A stretch of DNA of 64,000 bases, from IMG/VR virus record IMGVR_UViG_3300027782_000025, positions 210,626 to 274,625 of that record; one strand, 5' to 3'. A program made the translations under genes and the position numbers. Shown piece by piece: positions 9,067-18,762 of the stretch. Under the pieces are notes generated by a model. It did not search any database and had not been told where the DNA came from. It saw nothing but the letters and a program-made list of their open reading frames with translations. The number at the start of each line of letters is the position of its first letter. The first letter of the stretch is position 1.

Positions 9067-9779
9067 TTAAATCGAATGCTATAATAATTCCAGCAAGATT
9101 AAAATCGACTAGGCTCAAGAAAAAATTACTTATCGAAGTTAAAGGCAAACCAATTATCCAATACACTATTGAGAATGCTCTAGCGAGTAAGAAGAAAAAT
9201 CGTATTATTGTAGCGACAGAGGATTTAGATATTAAAAGATTCGTCGATAGTCTCGGATATGATGTCGACTGTGTTCGGACACCCCAATTTAATAACGGCA
9301 CGGAACGAGTGCGACACATATCAAAAGAATTACTTAATGGTTATGCTAGAGTGGTAAATCTTCAAGCTGATGAGCCATTGTTTAACGCAGATAGTATCGA
9401 CGCCGTGTTTGGTGAAATAAGCAATGACATTGTCTTGACTAGCGCATACTCCTTTATTAAGAGTGAAGCTGAATATAATGATCCGAATACCGTAAAAGTG
9501 GTATTAAACGTATTCGACATGGCGCTATATTTTAGTAGATCATCAATACCACACGGTGGTTTTACTTCAGCATGCAAACATATCGGCATATATGGTTACA
9601 AGAGAGACGTACTTGCTGATTTACCAACCAGTAGCAATTATCAAAAATCAGAAAATCTTGAACAATTGTCTTGGTTAGAGAACGGCTACGCTATAAAAAT
9701 GGTTAGAATCAATTATGAGACAATAGGTATTGACACGCCAGAAAATATCGAAGCTTTTAAGGCTACTCTTGAGAAGTAA
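9063..9779 (+). CDS. kdsB: 3-deoxy-manno-octulosonate (Kdo) cytidylyltransferase
   Basis: IIIPARLKSTRL, KPIIQ, GTERV, VNLQADEP, DPNTVKVV, ALYFSRSSIP, HIGIYGY, LEQLSWLENG, IGIDTPE: the full KdsB motif set. Confidence 0.92.
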   Translation: MIKSNAIIIPARLKSTRLKKKLLIEVKGKPIIQYTIENALASKKKNRIIVATEDLDIKRFVDSLGYDVDCVRTPQFNNGTERVRHISKELLNGYARVVNLQADEPLFNADSIDAVFGEISNDIVLTSAYSFIKSEAEYNDPNTVKVVLNVFDMALYFSRSSIPHGGFTSACKHIGIYGYKRDVLADLPTSSNYQKSENLEQLSWLENGYAIKMVRINYETIGIDTPENIEAFKATLEK

Positions 9780-10173
9780 GCGTATCGCTGTCCGACGGCA
9801 TACTTTCAAGATAATAAGCAAATTCATCCTTATTTTCGACCTTGCGAAGATATTCAAACTCGCCCTTCCTTCTTAGATAATTTCCGAACCTCATAATCAT
9901 CGTCGAAAATGTTTTGAATCTAGAAGGAATATATTGCGAAAGATCGGTTTTTGATAATCTGCAATTATTATCTTTAAATAATTTATAAATGAAATCATTA
10001 TCGACATCTTTTTCTTTTTTCTTGTCTTCAACAGCGCCGGCTAAATCTTTAATGTCTTGAATTGTGTCCTTTAGGATTTCGCCGGCTTTACCGGTTAGAT
10101 GTAAAGCATTTTCTGTCGCTAATTCATCTATATTAATATTTAGATCAATGTCGATGATAGTGTACTTAGTCAT
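9763..10173 (-). CDS. Hypothetical protein
   Basis: 136 aa; minus-strand SD AAGGA 5 nt before ATG; converges on kdsB. Confidence 0.7.
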   Translation of the reverse strand: MTKYTIIDIDLNINIDELATENALHLTGKAGEILKDTIQDIKDLAGAVEDKKKEKDVDNDFIYKLFKDNNCRLSKTDLSQYIPSRFKTFSTMIMRFGNYLRRKGEFEYLRKVENKDEFAYYLESMPSDSDTLTSQE

Positions 10174-10184
10174 GGAGGTCCTTT

Positions 10185-10985
10185 ATGAAATGTTTTTTAT
10201 GTACCAGCGATGCTTTCGATAATTCTCAATTAACAATACAGATGGAAGACGGCAAGAAAGTCGATATCTATCTATGCGAAGTACATTCTGAATCCTCTAT
10301 TAAACAGCTTAAGGAAGCCTATGTCCAAAAGAAAGTAGATTTAGATAATTTAATAAAACAAGCCAAAGAGCTAGGATATAGTATAGATCTGGACAGTCTC
10401 TTGAATCCATCTAGCAGATCTATCCTGACGGCCACGGAGATACACGTAGCACCAGAAGTTTTACAGATTCCTATTAAACCGGCTACCCAGCCTGCTAAAG
10501 TACAAATTAGGCAAGAAATAATAACGGAAGACGACGAAAACATGATTCCGACCGAAATTATAGACAAAAAGGTAATGCGGTCAGTCGGTGGTAATACTGA
10601 AATGGGTAATGTGTCGGCGCATCAATCTTATGATTTTAATAGTCTCGGAGACAAGCTGCCAGAAAACGCTAGAATTGGTAAAGTAAAAATGGCTATGGTC
10701 GAAGGGCGCGGTGGCCAGCCCATCGCCATACCACAGAAGCGGGTTGATGGGCTTGGCGAAACGCATATCATGATAAATAAAGCAGAAAACGATGATAAGT
10801 TACAAGCACGATTTAAAAAGATGGCTCAGGAGAGCAAATCAGATAAATTCGCTAACTTCTCCCAGAATGGATATGCAGACACGACTAGACCTTGTCCGAT
10901 TTGCAGGGGCAGTGGGTTGGTTAGGAACGGTAAAAATGAATCAAGTTGTCCAAAATGCGCTGGCGGTGGTATGATATCTATCTAA
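10185..10985 (+). CDS. Protein with N-terminal CxxC...CxxH and C-terminal DnaJ-type CxxCxGxG zinc finger
   Basis: CFLC...CEVH; CPICRGSG...CPKCAGGG; SD GGAGG. Confidence 0.75.
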   Translation: MKCFLCTSDAFDNSQLTIQMEDGKKVDIYLCEVHSESSIKQLKEAYVQKKVDLDNLIKQAKELGYSIDLDSLLNPSSRSILTATEIHVAPEVLQIPIKPATQPAKVQIRQEIITEDDENMIPTEIIDKKVMRSVGGNTEMGNVSAHQSYDFNSLGDKLPENARIGKVKMAMVEGRGGQPIAIPQKRVDGLGETHIMINKAENDDKLQARFKKMAQESKSDKFANFSQNGYADTTRPCPICRGSGLVRNGKNESSCPKCAGGGMISI

Positions 10986-11199
10986 TAGTATAAGGTCTAT
11001 TACCCATACCAAAGAATTGGCGGTGTCTTTCACTTACTGGCACCCCTGTTGAATATGAAGTATCACCCTTCTGACTATTTCCCATATCAAAACCAGACGA
11101 AGGATTAAACCCTGAAGGCTGTCGCCCAGAATTAAAATAATTCTCGCTGTTTAAGACTTCACGCATTTTTTGCCCTAGAAAGCCTTCATTCAAATTCAT
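10978..11199 (-). CDS. Small hypothetical protein
   Basis: 73 aa, start overlaps the stop of the 11186 gene; begins MNLNEG. Confidence 0.6.
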   Translation of the reverse strand: MNLNEGFLGQKMREVLNSENYFNSGRQPSGFNPSSGFDMGNSQKGDTSYSTGVPVSERHRQFFGMGNRPYTIR

Positions 11200-11704
11200 C
11201 GTGTATATCCTTTACATTTTTCTTGTTAAGGTCGGTCTTGATGATGTCGAATTCAGAAGCTTGTTCTGGCTGCGATACCTCTTTAATACCATCCATATCA
11301 GAATTTAATCCTGAGTCCTGCTCTGCCCAAGCATCGCGACCATCTCTTAACTCTTCTAATAATTTGTCTGCTAGATCTAGAGCTTTTGCGATTTCAGAGG
11401 AATCAATAGCTTGGGCTGTAAGCTCTTTTTCCATAGCGCTATTAAATGTAGTTGATCCAAAATTCTTATAACTATGCGCCTTATTAAAAGCCTGCAATAT
11501 GGGCCCTATATAAATTAATTTAGCGTTAAACAATTTGTCTCGATATTTGGAATAAATATCATTATGAATAAATTCTAAGCCATTTACACGCTCTAGATCA
11601 TTAAGATCATCTTTATCATGACCTTTGAGGCCTAATTGGGCATCTTGATTCAGGTAAATATCAAGTGCTTCTAAAAAAGTCTTTTGTTTCTTATTAAGGC
11701 TCAT
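11186..11704 (-). CDS. Acidic hypothetical protein
   Basis: SD TGAGGA at 11716-11711 favours ATG 11704 (ATG 11710 is the alternative). Confidence 0.7.
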   Translation of the reverse strand: MSLNKKQKTFLEALDIYLNQDAQLGLKGHDKDDLNDLERVNGLEFIHNDIYSKYRDKLFNAKLIYIGPILQAFNKAHSYKNFGSTTFNSAMEKELTAQAIDSSEIAKALDLADKLLEELRDGRDAWAEQDSGLNSDMDGIKEVSQPEQASEFDIIKTDLNKKNVKDIHDEFE

Positions 11705-11734
11705 ATTCATTCCTCACTTAAATTTTAAATTTGA

Positions 11735-12076
11735 TTGTCATATATTGGTATTTATCTGATGGAAAACGAAGAAAGAATTAGCAGATTCGATCAGGTTACT
11801 ATTAATACTACCCGTAGAGTAAGTTATCTATCTGCACCTGAGGGTCAACAGCTTAATCCGAATGGTATGTGGATGGTAGCTGCAGCTATAGGAAATGAAT
11901 TATTATTAACTAAAGAATCAATAGTAATACGGATACCTGCGGCAGATGTTAAGAAAGTATTAGATTATCATAGGACATTTACAAACATCTTAGACTCTTT
12001 AGGAAAGTTTAACAATTATGAAAGCAGAAAAGAAAGACCCACCGAAGACCCTCCAAGACCTGATGAAGAGGATTGA
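11735..12076 (+). CDS. Hypothetical protein (start may be ATG 11759)
   Basis: 113-codon ORF whose 3' end overlaps recA by 59 nt. Confidence 0.6.
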   Translation: MSYIGIYLMENEERISRFDQVTINTTRRVSYLSAPEGQQLNPNGMWMVAAAIGNELLLTKESIVIRIPAADVKKVLDYHRTFTNILDSLGKFNNYESRKERPTEDPPRPDEED

Positions 12077-13130
12077 TAAGGACTTCGGCCCAGGGACAAT
12101 CATGCGTGGCAGAAGCAGCATAGTTAATGTTAGCATAGTCCCGACTGGAATCCCCTCTATCGACAAGGCATTAGGAGCTGGTGGTGTGCCTATCGGCCGT
12201 ACTTTGGAAATATTCGGGCCAGAAAGTAGCGGAAAGACAACTACATGCCTACACATCGCCTCTGCATTCCAGAAGCATTATTTCAAGGGTAAGGAACGTG
12301 ATGGTGTTGTAGCATATATCGATGCTGAACATGCCCTAGATATAGAATGGGCGAGAAGATTAGGAGTCAATACGGAAACACTTTGTATTTCTCAACCAGA
12401 TAGTGGTGAAGATGCGTTTCGACTTATAGAAGTGTTGGTAGAGTCTGGCCAAGTTGATCTAGTCGTGGTTGATTCCGTGGCTGCACTTATACCTAAGGCT
12501 ATATTAGAAGAGGATATCGGTAAAGCCACCATGGGTGCTCTAGCCCAACTCATGTCTAAAGCATTAAGCAAATTAAAGGGCAAATGCAATAATAGCGGCA
12601 CCACTTTAGTATTCGTTAATCAGCTTAGAGAGAAGGTCGGTATGGTTTTTGGAAACCCAGAAGTGACACCTGGCGGCCGTGCACTTAAATATTATGCTTC
12701 GGTGAGAGCAGAAATCAAACGCAGCACCGCTATAAAATCTTCTGATGACACTGTTATCGGACATCACACTACTATGAAAATAGTTAAAAACAAAGTCGCA
12801 GCTCCTTTTAGAGTCGCTGAGTTCGACATATTCTATGGCACAAAATCATACCCGATTGCAGGTATTGATGCAGTTTCGTCCCTTTTAGATGTCGGCCTTG
12901 ATGTCGGCGTTATATCTAAGAGCGGATCATTCTTTAATTATGATGGTAAAAGTTTGGGCAATGGTGCTCAAAACGCTTCTAAAGCCTTAAGGAATGATGA
13001 CGTTCTGTTTAAAAAGATAAAAGATGAAATATACTTAAAGGCCTTCGGCCCTGATTTCGGCCAAGTAAAGGTCGATGATGATTTAGAAGACAAATACCTT
13101 GATGATGAGGAAGACCCAAATGGCAAATAG
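12018..13130 (+). CDS. recA: RecA recombinase (bacterial type)
   Basis: IDKDFGPGTIM, EIFGPESSGKTT, YIDAEHALD, SQPDSGE, VVVDSVAAL, FVNQLREKVG, GGRALKYYASVR, KNKVAAPF. Confidence 0.97.
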   Translation: MKAEKKDPPKTLQDLMKRIDKDFGPGTIMRGRSSIVNVSIVPTGIPSIDKALGAGGVPIGRTLEIFGPESSGKTTTCLHIASAFQKHYFKGKERDGVVAYIDAEHALDIEWARRLGVNTETLCISQPDSGEDAFRLIEVLVESGQVDLVVVDSVAALIPKAILEEDIGKATMGALAQLMSKALSKLKGKCNNSGTTLVFVNQLREKVGMVFGNPEVTPGGRALKYYASVRAEIKRSTAIKSSDDTVIGHHTTMKIVKNKVAAPFRVAEFDIFYGTKSYPIAGIDAVSSLLDVGLDVGVISKSGSFFNYDGKSLGNGAQNASKALRNDDVLFKKIKDEIYLKAFGPDFGQVKVDDDLEDKYLDDEEDPNGK

Positions 13131-13452
13131 TCCAAAGTATGATGTAAATGACATAGTTTATTTTAAAGCCTCTGCTGCTAGAGGCTTTATAGAACCGGTA
13201 AAAATAGGTATCGTTGCAAAAATCGATACTACTTGGGTGTATGGTCTAAAATATAAGACCGCTGAGCCTAGCGCGCCTAGAGTTTTTGGCGACAGAATAA
13301 ACTTCGGAAACCTTGGGGCCCAACAGGTATACTACACTGAGGACGAATTCCAAACGTATTGTGAAGCTTTAGGGGTCGCTGAAAAATACTTGACTGGCCA
13401 ATTAACAGCGATTCAAACACTTATCGCCGCAAGTTGCGGAGTCACGGGCTGA
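13120..13452 (+). CDS. Hypothetical protein
   Basis: ATG 13120 with GAGGA upstream; begins SPKYDVNDIVYF (small beta-barrel-like). Confidence 0.7.
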   Translation: MANSPKYDVNDIVYFKASAARGFIEPVKIGIVAKIDTTWVYGLKYKTAEPSAPRVFGDRINFGNLGAQQVYYTEDEFQTYCEALGVAEKYLTGQLTAIQTLIAASCGVTG

Positions 13453-13455
13453 TAA

Positions 13456-14796
13456 ATGACACAAATCGTTTCTTATGATGCTGGCAACATAAATGATAAT
13501 GAAGATGAAAAACCATTTGGAAAATACCAAGAAGAAGCGATAATTTCATTAGCTCTTGATCACCCAGAATTCTTCTCCAACGTCGGAAGATACCTTAAGC
13601 CAGACATGTTTGGTCGAACCGAATGCAAGTATGTTATGGCTGTTCTTCTTAATTATTACGAAAAATTTAACATTATCCCCACTAGGCCACTGCTTAGAGA
13701 TATAGTCGAAAAACAATTAACGTCTGATCAGCCTTTTGAGATAGTGTTCAAATTACTTGATAGGAAATCAGACCCCAGAGAAGTTCCGATCATCAAAGAC
13801 ACTTTAATGAAGTGGGCCAAAAATCGAGCATATGGTTTAATTTATAGCGAAGAAGCTATACAAGCTTATGAATCAGGTCGTTTTGAAGAATTAGAGAAAA
13901 TAGTCTCAGAGGCAAATAAGGTAACAGACATAGGTGAAGGTGGCTTTTGGCTGCTAGAACAGTTTGAAAAATTATTCCAATCAGACGCCATAGATCATAG
14001 AACTACGGGATTTCCGAGACTTGATCGAATCCTTAATAATGGCGGACCATCACCAAAAGAAGTGTTATGTTGGTTAGCGCCGACAAACACCGGTAAATCG
14101 ATATTGTTGGTTAATAATGCGATTTCATCTCTTAAAGGCGCTAATAATGATGGGACAAATGGTCAGGACGTACTCCTTGTTACCTTTGAGCTAGACACTA
14201 TTAAAACCGCTCTAAGATGCCTTTCGGCTACGACAGGTATACCTCAAGATCAAGTAGCTAATAATCAAGATTACATTAGAAGAGTCATTAACACTATCAA
14301 AGACACCTATAATAAAAAGCTATTAATATATGAATTTCCCCCTGACGAATGTAGCGTGGATCATATATATGCTTTAATAGATAATCTTAAACGAAAAGAA
14401 GGATGGCGACCAGACGTTGTTGTGGTTGATTATCTTGATTTAATGGTCAGTCGTAATGCAGCATATAACAAGGATGATTATACCAGACAGAAGCATATCG
14501 CTACTGAGCTACGTGGTTTAGCTAAAAACGAAAACGTATTAGTCTTTACTGCTACCCAAACCAATCGTAGCGGTGGGGAAGGGTCGGAACCAATCGATCT
14601 ATCAAAAACCGCCGAAAGCTATGGTAAGCAATTTGCACTTGACTATGTAATTAGTTTAAACCAATCTATCGAGGATAAGTTGGAAAAACCGCCTAGGATT
14701 AGGTTTTATGTCGCTAAAAATAGAAATGGTCCTAAAAATGAATTAATCACCTGTGAGATTAATTATGACACTATGGTAGTTAAGGAGATGGCCTGA
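13456..14796 (+). CDS. Replicative DNA helicase (DnaB/T4 gp41 superfamily 4)
   Basis: Walker A APTNTGKS, FEL motif 1a, Walker B VVVDYLDLM, TATQTNR, KNRNGP. Confidence 0.92.
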   Translation: MTQIVSYDAGNINDNEDEKPFGKYQEEAIISLALDHPEFFSNVGRYLKPDMFGRTECKYVMAVLLNYYEKFNIIPTRPLLRDIVEKQLTSDQPFEIVFKLLDRKSDPREVPIIKDTLMKWAKNRAYGLIYSEEAIQAYESGRFEELEKIVSEANKVTDIGEGGFWLLEQFEKLFQSDAIDHRTTGFPRLDRILNNGGPSPKEVLCWLAPTNTGKSILLVNNAISSLKGANNDGTNGQDVLLVTFELDTIKTALRCLSATTGIPQDQVANNQDYIRRVINTIKDTYNKKLLIYEFPPDECSVDHIYALIDNLKRKEGWRPDVVVVDYLDLMVSRNAAYNKDDYTRQKHIATELRGLAKNENVLVFTATQTNRSGGEGSEPIDLSKTAESYGKQFALDYVISLNQSIEDKLEKPPRIRFYVAKNRNGPKNELITCEINYDTMVVKEMA

Positions 14797-15005
14797 TGAA
14801 GATGCGCATCATAATTGATGTCAATGTTTCGAAAACATTGGCGCAAACGATGGAAAGGAATGGCTTTAATGTTATTCCAGAGGGAACTGGGTTAGGGATA
14901 AGAATTCCAAATAGTCCTGCGATCACCAAGAGCAAAAGCAAAATAACGTTTACAGAGATTTTTACAGAGATTACAGATGAACCAAGTACAAAGGAGATAA
15001 GATGA
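14796..15005 (+). CDS. Small hypothetical protein
   Basis: Coupled by TGATG and ATGA overlaps on both sides. Confidence 0.65.
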   Translation: MKMRIIIDVNVSKTLAQTMERNGFNVIPEGTGLGIRIPNSPAITKSKSKITFTEIFTEITDEPSTKEIR

Positions 15006-15439
15006 TACCGAAGACTGCTAAGCTAATAAAAGAAGAAACCGCATCAAACACCAAGGCCAACGTCGATGAGCCTAAAGTATGCTCAAAAGCCAAGAAATGC
15101 TGCGATAGCGAGCCAGAAAATTACCAAGAAATAGAAATACGTGAAATCAAATGCCTTAATGATTTCGTTGCTATATTGAGATTCGAAGAAGAATCGGTAA
15201 TCGAAATACCCGATCATCAACGTCTTAAAAATGAAGGTATGGTTATTGGCGTTGGGCCTGGTGTCCCTCCAACTATAAATGCACAAGTTATAATAGGCGA
15301 TGTTGTAGCTTTTATGCCGCGTAATATAATCACCGAGATTAAAGGTACAAAATACCCCTACGAAGGCAAGACTATTACCATCGTTTCAGAACGCAATATT
15401 ATTATGACATTAGATCCAATCATCCACAGGTTCGTATAA
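15002..15439 (+). CDS. GroES/Cpn10-like co-chaperonin with N-terminal extension
   Basis: IKCLNDFVAI (cf. IKPLxDRV), EGMVIGVGPG, IGDVVAF, IVSERNII. Confidence 0.78.
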   Translation: MIPKTAKLIKEETASNTKANVDEPKVCSKAKKCCDSEPENYQEIEIREIKCLNDFVAILRFEEESVIEIPDHQRLKNEGMVIGVGPGVPPTINAQVIIGDVVAFMPRNIITEIKGTKYPYEGKTITIVSERNIIMTLDPIIHRFV

Positions 15440-15846
15440 TGCCAGAATACATTTATAGATGCGTTCCATGTGAAGAAAAGCTAGCTGAAGATAATTCTAG
15501 TGTCGATGCTGATACGTATGATGCTCAAGTTCTTTTTGAGACAAGTCATAGCATGTCAGCTGCTGGTAAAGAATTATCTGAAGCCCTAAAATGTCCACGC
15601 TGCGGCGCATCAAGGGCAGAAAGGTTCTATGGTTATGATAATATCATATCATATGTCAGAGGCAATGGTTATTTAGATCGCGCTGGCGCTAGAAGAGACA
15701 TGCATAAGCATACATTAGTTAATAATGACCCATACGGTCATATGCGCCAGCCAGGAGAAGTCGAAGATTTAAAGATCAAGCTAGACCAAGCAGGAAAACA
15801 CGACCCGAAACCTAGGCATTTCGTAATGGGCGCAAAAACGACATAA
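15439..15846 (+). CDS. FmdB-type zinc-ribbon protein
   Basis: MPEYIYRCVPC...CPRCG pattern. Confidence 0.75.
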   Translation: MPEYIYRCVPCEEKLAEDNSSVDADTYDAQVLFETSHSMSAAGKELSEALKCPRCGASRAERFYGYDNIISYVRGNGYLDRAGARRDMHKHTLVNNDPYGHMRQPGEVEDLKIKLDQAGKHDPKPRHFVMGAKTT

Positions 15847-15860
15847 TGTATTGATTCATT

Positions 15861-17060
15861 ATGAAGCCAATTCTATTCGCTATCAAAAGAGGAAGACAAG
15901 TCGCATATCCAGCCATCATAGGTATTAAACGCGACCAAAAGATTTACAAGCAAATCCTTTTTGATAATAGCAACGCAAAATCTATAAGCGATATAAGGAT
16001 TGACCAGTCCAAGATAAAAGCATTATTCGACCATGCGGTTAGCACCAGATGCGCGATAGTCACCAACGATCGCGCATCACTGATCGCCGCTATGGGTTAT
16101 AACAATAGAGCTATCGCCGACAACATCTTCGATCATAACGAAATAATTCATGAAACAAGTGCCCTCGATGAATTTTTAGCATCAACAGATGCTTCCGTTC
16201 AAGAACCATATAAAAAGCTATTGTTTGACGCTGGGTGCGTTTATGATAAACTCTCTGACTTGCCAATTTATGTAAATTACACTCCTCTTAAGTCATCTTG
16301 GTCACATGACACATTTACTGGCAGGAGCAAGTGCACAGGTTTTAATATTCAAGGCTATAACATGCCTGATTTTATCACAAGGGACGGGATCTTCGAAGAT
16401 AAAGTATTACTGCATTTCGACTGGATCTGCGCTGATCTAAGAATAGCATCAGTTGTATCAGGAGATGATGAATTAGAATCAGCTTTTAGGCATGGTGATC
16501 CATACGAGTATCTTTTTGATCGCGCAGGGGACATGTTTACTGATCGCAAGGATAGCAAAATAGCTCTACTTAAGGCAATAAATTCTCTGAATTTTGATAG
16601 TAGCATATTTGATATATGCTATGGAGATCTTAGAACTTGGCTTATAGAGTGCGCCCATAAGCTTACTGAGAGTGAACCCTTGGAGACATTGCTGGGCCGT
16701 AAATTTATTATCCCAAAGGAAAAGACCATATTATCAGGTATTAATGGTGTTCTGCAAGGATCTATAGCCCATGCTATGCAGAACACCATTACGAAAGTTA
16801 ATGCTTTATTTCCAAGACATATTATATGTGACATCCATGATTCTCTAGTAATGTCTTGTGAAAACGACCGAAGTAGCATACAATATATGATAAATAGTGT
16901 AAAATCGATAATGTCGAAACCGCTTGAAGGGCTGATAGATAGGGATATATATTTTCCGTTAAGATACGGCATTGGCAAGAAATGGCGAGAATATAAATAT
17001 AGTAATATACAGAGGGAACATGAACAACAAGAAACTGCAGAAGATACGTCAGAGGGCTAA
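15861..17060 (+). CDS. Truncated family-A DNA polymerase (palm/fingers only)
   Basis: TFTGR, motif A LLHFDWICADLRIA, motif B RKDSK, LQGSIA, motif C DIHDSLV; no exonuclease motifs seen. Confidence 0.8.
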   Translation: MKPILFAIKRGRQVAYPAIIGIKRDQKIYKQILFDNSNAKSISDIRIDQSKIKALFDHAVSTRCAIVTNDRASLIAAMGYNNRAIADNIFDHNEIIHETSALDEFLASTDASVQEPYKKLLFDAGCVYDKLSDLPIYVNYTPLKSSWSHDTFTGRSKCTGFNIQGYNMPDFITRDGIFEDKVLLHFDWICADLRIASVVSGDDELESAFRHGDPYEYLFDRAGDMFTDRKDSKIALLKAINSLNFDSSIFDICYGDLRTWLIECAHKLTESEPLETLLGRKFIIPKEKTILSGINGVLQGSIAHAMQNTITKVNALFPRHIICDIHDSLVMSCENDRSSIQYMINSVKSIMSKPLEGLIDRDIYFPLRYGIGKKWREYKYSNIQREHEQQETAEDTSEG

Positions 17061-17301
17061 AGAAAAGTCTCTTTTACGAGCAAAACGCAAGATCGAAGCG
17101 GAGCGTCGATTTCAAGAAGGGCGCAAAGAACATATAAGAAAAACGATCAGGAATAGTATCGTCAATGAGATCACCAATAAATCATTTAGTAAAAGTAATT
17201 GGTCTGGAGATAAATCATCTAATAATGATGATGTATTATCAAAGCATAGGACGGTAGGTTTTAACAAGGAATTATTCAACGATGGAAAACGAGAACCGTG
17301 A
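17020..17301 (+). CDS. Small basic hypothetical protein
   Basis: ATG 17020 with GAGGG upstream; K/R-rich N-terminal helix. Confidence 0.65.
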   Translation: MNNKKLQKIRQRAKEKSLLRAKRKIEAERRFQEGRKEHIRKTIRNSIVNEITNKSFSKSNWSGDKSSNNDDVLSKHRTVGFNKELFNDGKREP

Positions 17302-17800
17302 TTGGGTACTGGCAAATGTACCCCGCGAGCTTATTAATTCATCATTGTTTAAATTCAATGTGAAGCTACAAGTCATAGAAAGGCTAGATGACAGCAACAA
17401 GCCAGTCTATAAAGTGATCACTGTCGACATGTTGGCAAATGTCGACATCGATTATGAGACTCTCGAAGAGAATATCTGTGATATTCCAGCCCAATTCGCT
17501 TTCTGGTCTGCTGTGTATTCAGAAGTTAGATTGGGTGTGGCGATTGCTGAACGTAAACTCAAAGTAAGGAGGGCAGAAGCGACAAAAGCGGTTCTGGAAG
17601 AAGCCAGGACAAATAATGTAAAATTGACTGTTGATCAGATTAAAAGTATCGTTGAAGCCGATACATTATTAACCAAAGCTGAGATCTCGTATAGTGAAAT
17701 ACAGATGAAAGCCGGTAAGCTGTATAACATGGTCGAAGCTATAAAAATGAAAGCCGAATTGGCAAGAACACTGGCTGGTTTTAAAAAATTAGAAAGATAA
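17282..17800 (+). CDS. UvsY-like recombination mediator (putative)
   Basis: Helical hairpin pattern (IDYETL...IPAQFAFWSAVY...LTVDQIKSIVEAD) directly upstream of the gp32-like SSB, as in T4-like phages. Confidence 0.55.
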   Translation: MENENRDWVLANVPRELINSSLFKFNVKLQVIERLDDSNKPVYKVITVDMLANVDIDYETLEENICDIPAQFAFWSAVYSEVRLGVAIAERKLKVRRAEATKAVLEEARTNNVKLTVDQIKSIVEADTLLTKAEISYSEIQMKAGKLYNMVEAIKMKAELARTLAGFKKLER

Positions 17801-17808
17801 GGTGCAAT

Positions 17809-18762
17809 ATGGCATATGATATTGATGCAATGCGCAAAAAGTTAAATCAGATGACTGGTAAGCAAATGGATGCGGATGAATTCCGCCCCAAAAAGAACGA
17901 AAGCACGACAGAACCTATTAAGTATAGATTCTATGTCTTGCCACCACTTCTTGAGGGTGATGCGCTTAAGAGCGGTGTGGTGAAAAAACCAATGGATTTG
18001 TTTTATATTAAACACGGTTCCCATTGGATCAACAACCGACCTCACCCATGTCCAAGAGCAGCAGGATCGGCTGAAAAATGCCCAGTCTGCCAGTTCGGGT
18101 TTGATCAAATGCGTGATGAAAAAGACGAGGACAAGCGACGAAAAATCCGATCTGATTGGATGCCTTCTGAGAATTATCTTGTCAACGTTTACTTCACCAA
18201 CTGGAAAGGTAATCCAGAAGAACTAAGAGGCAAAGTAAAATTCTTCAATGCCACTTCTACCTGTTTTAAGCTATGGTCACAGGCATTAGAACGTGAAGAT
18301 TGTGGCGATCCTGACGAACCAGAAGCATTTGGTGCTTTCTTCGACGAAAACAATGGTAGTCTATTCGAATTATCTGTCCTTAAACAAGGCAAGAATAATA
18401 GTTATGCTACTAGCGCTTTCAGAAAAGAAAAATCTGGGCCGATGGTTGTCGATGCCGATGGTAAGCCAAATCCAAAGGGGTTAGCAGCTCTTCTAAAGCT
18501 GAGAGTCAATCTTTGGGAAAAAGTCCAGATGCCTGACGCTGATGCTCTAAAATCACTCCTCAATAGTGTTATCAATGGTGATGAATATACCCCTCCTAGC
18601 AACAACAAAGCAGATACCAGTTTTGATGTTGATGAGTTGGAAGGTAAGGCACCAGCGAAGCCAACACTAGCGAAGGGTGCAGGGGAAAAAATAAGTAAAC
18701 CCAGCAGTGCGACTTCCGATACGGAAATCGATAATCTGCTTGGGCAGCTTAATGACGATTAA
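17809..18762 (+). CDS. T4 gp32-like single-stranded DNA-binding protein
   Basis: RFYVLPP, HGSHW, HPCP...CPVC Zn site, acidic C-terminal tail (LLGQLNDD). Confidence 0.85.
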   Translation: MAYDIDAMRKKLNQMTGKQMDADEFRPKKNESTTEPIKYRFYVLPPLLEGDALKSGVVKKPMDLFYIKHGSHWINNRPHPCPRAAGSAEKCPVCQFGFDQMRDEKDEDKRRKIRSDWMPSENYLVNVYFTNWKGNPEELRGKVKFFNATSTCFKLWSQALEREDCGDPDEPEAFGAFFDENNGSLFELSVLKQGKNNSYATSAFRKEKSGPMVVDADGKPNPKGLAALLKLRVNLWEKVQMPDADALKSLLNSVINGDEYTPPSNNKADTSFDVDELEGKAPAKPTLAKGAGEKISKPSSATSDTEIDNLLGQLNDD

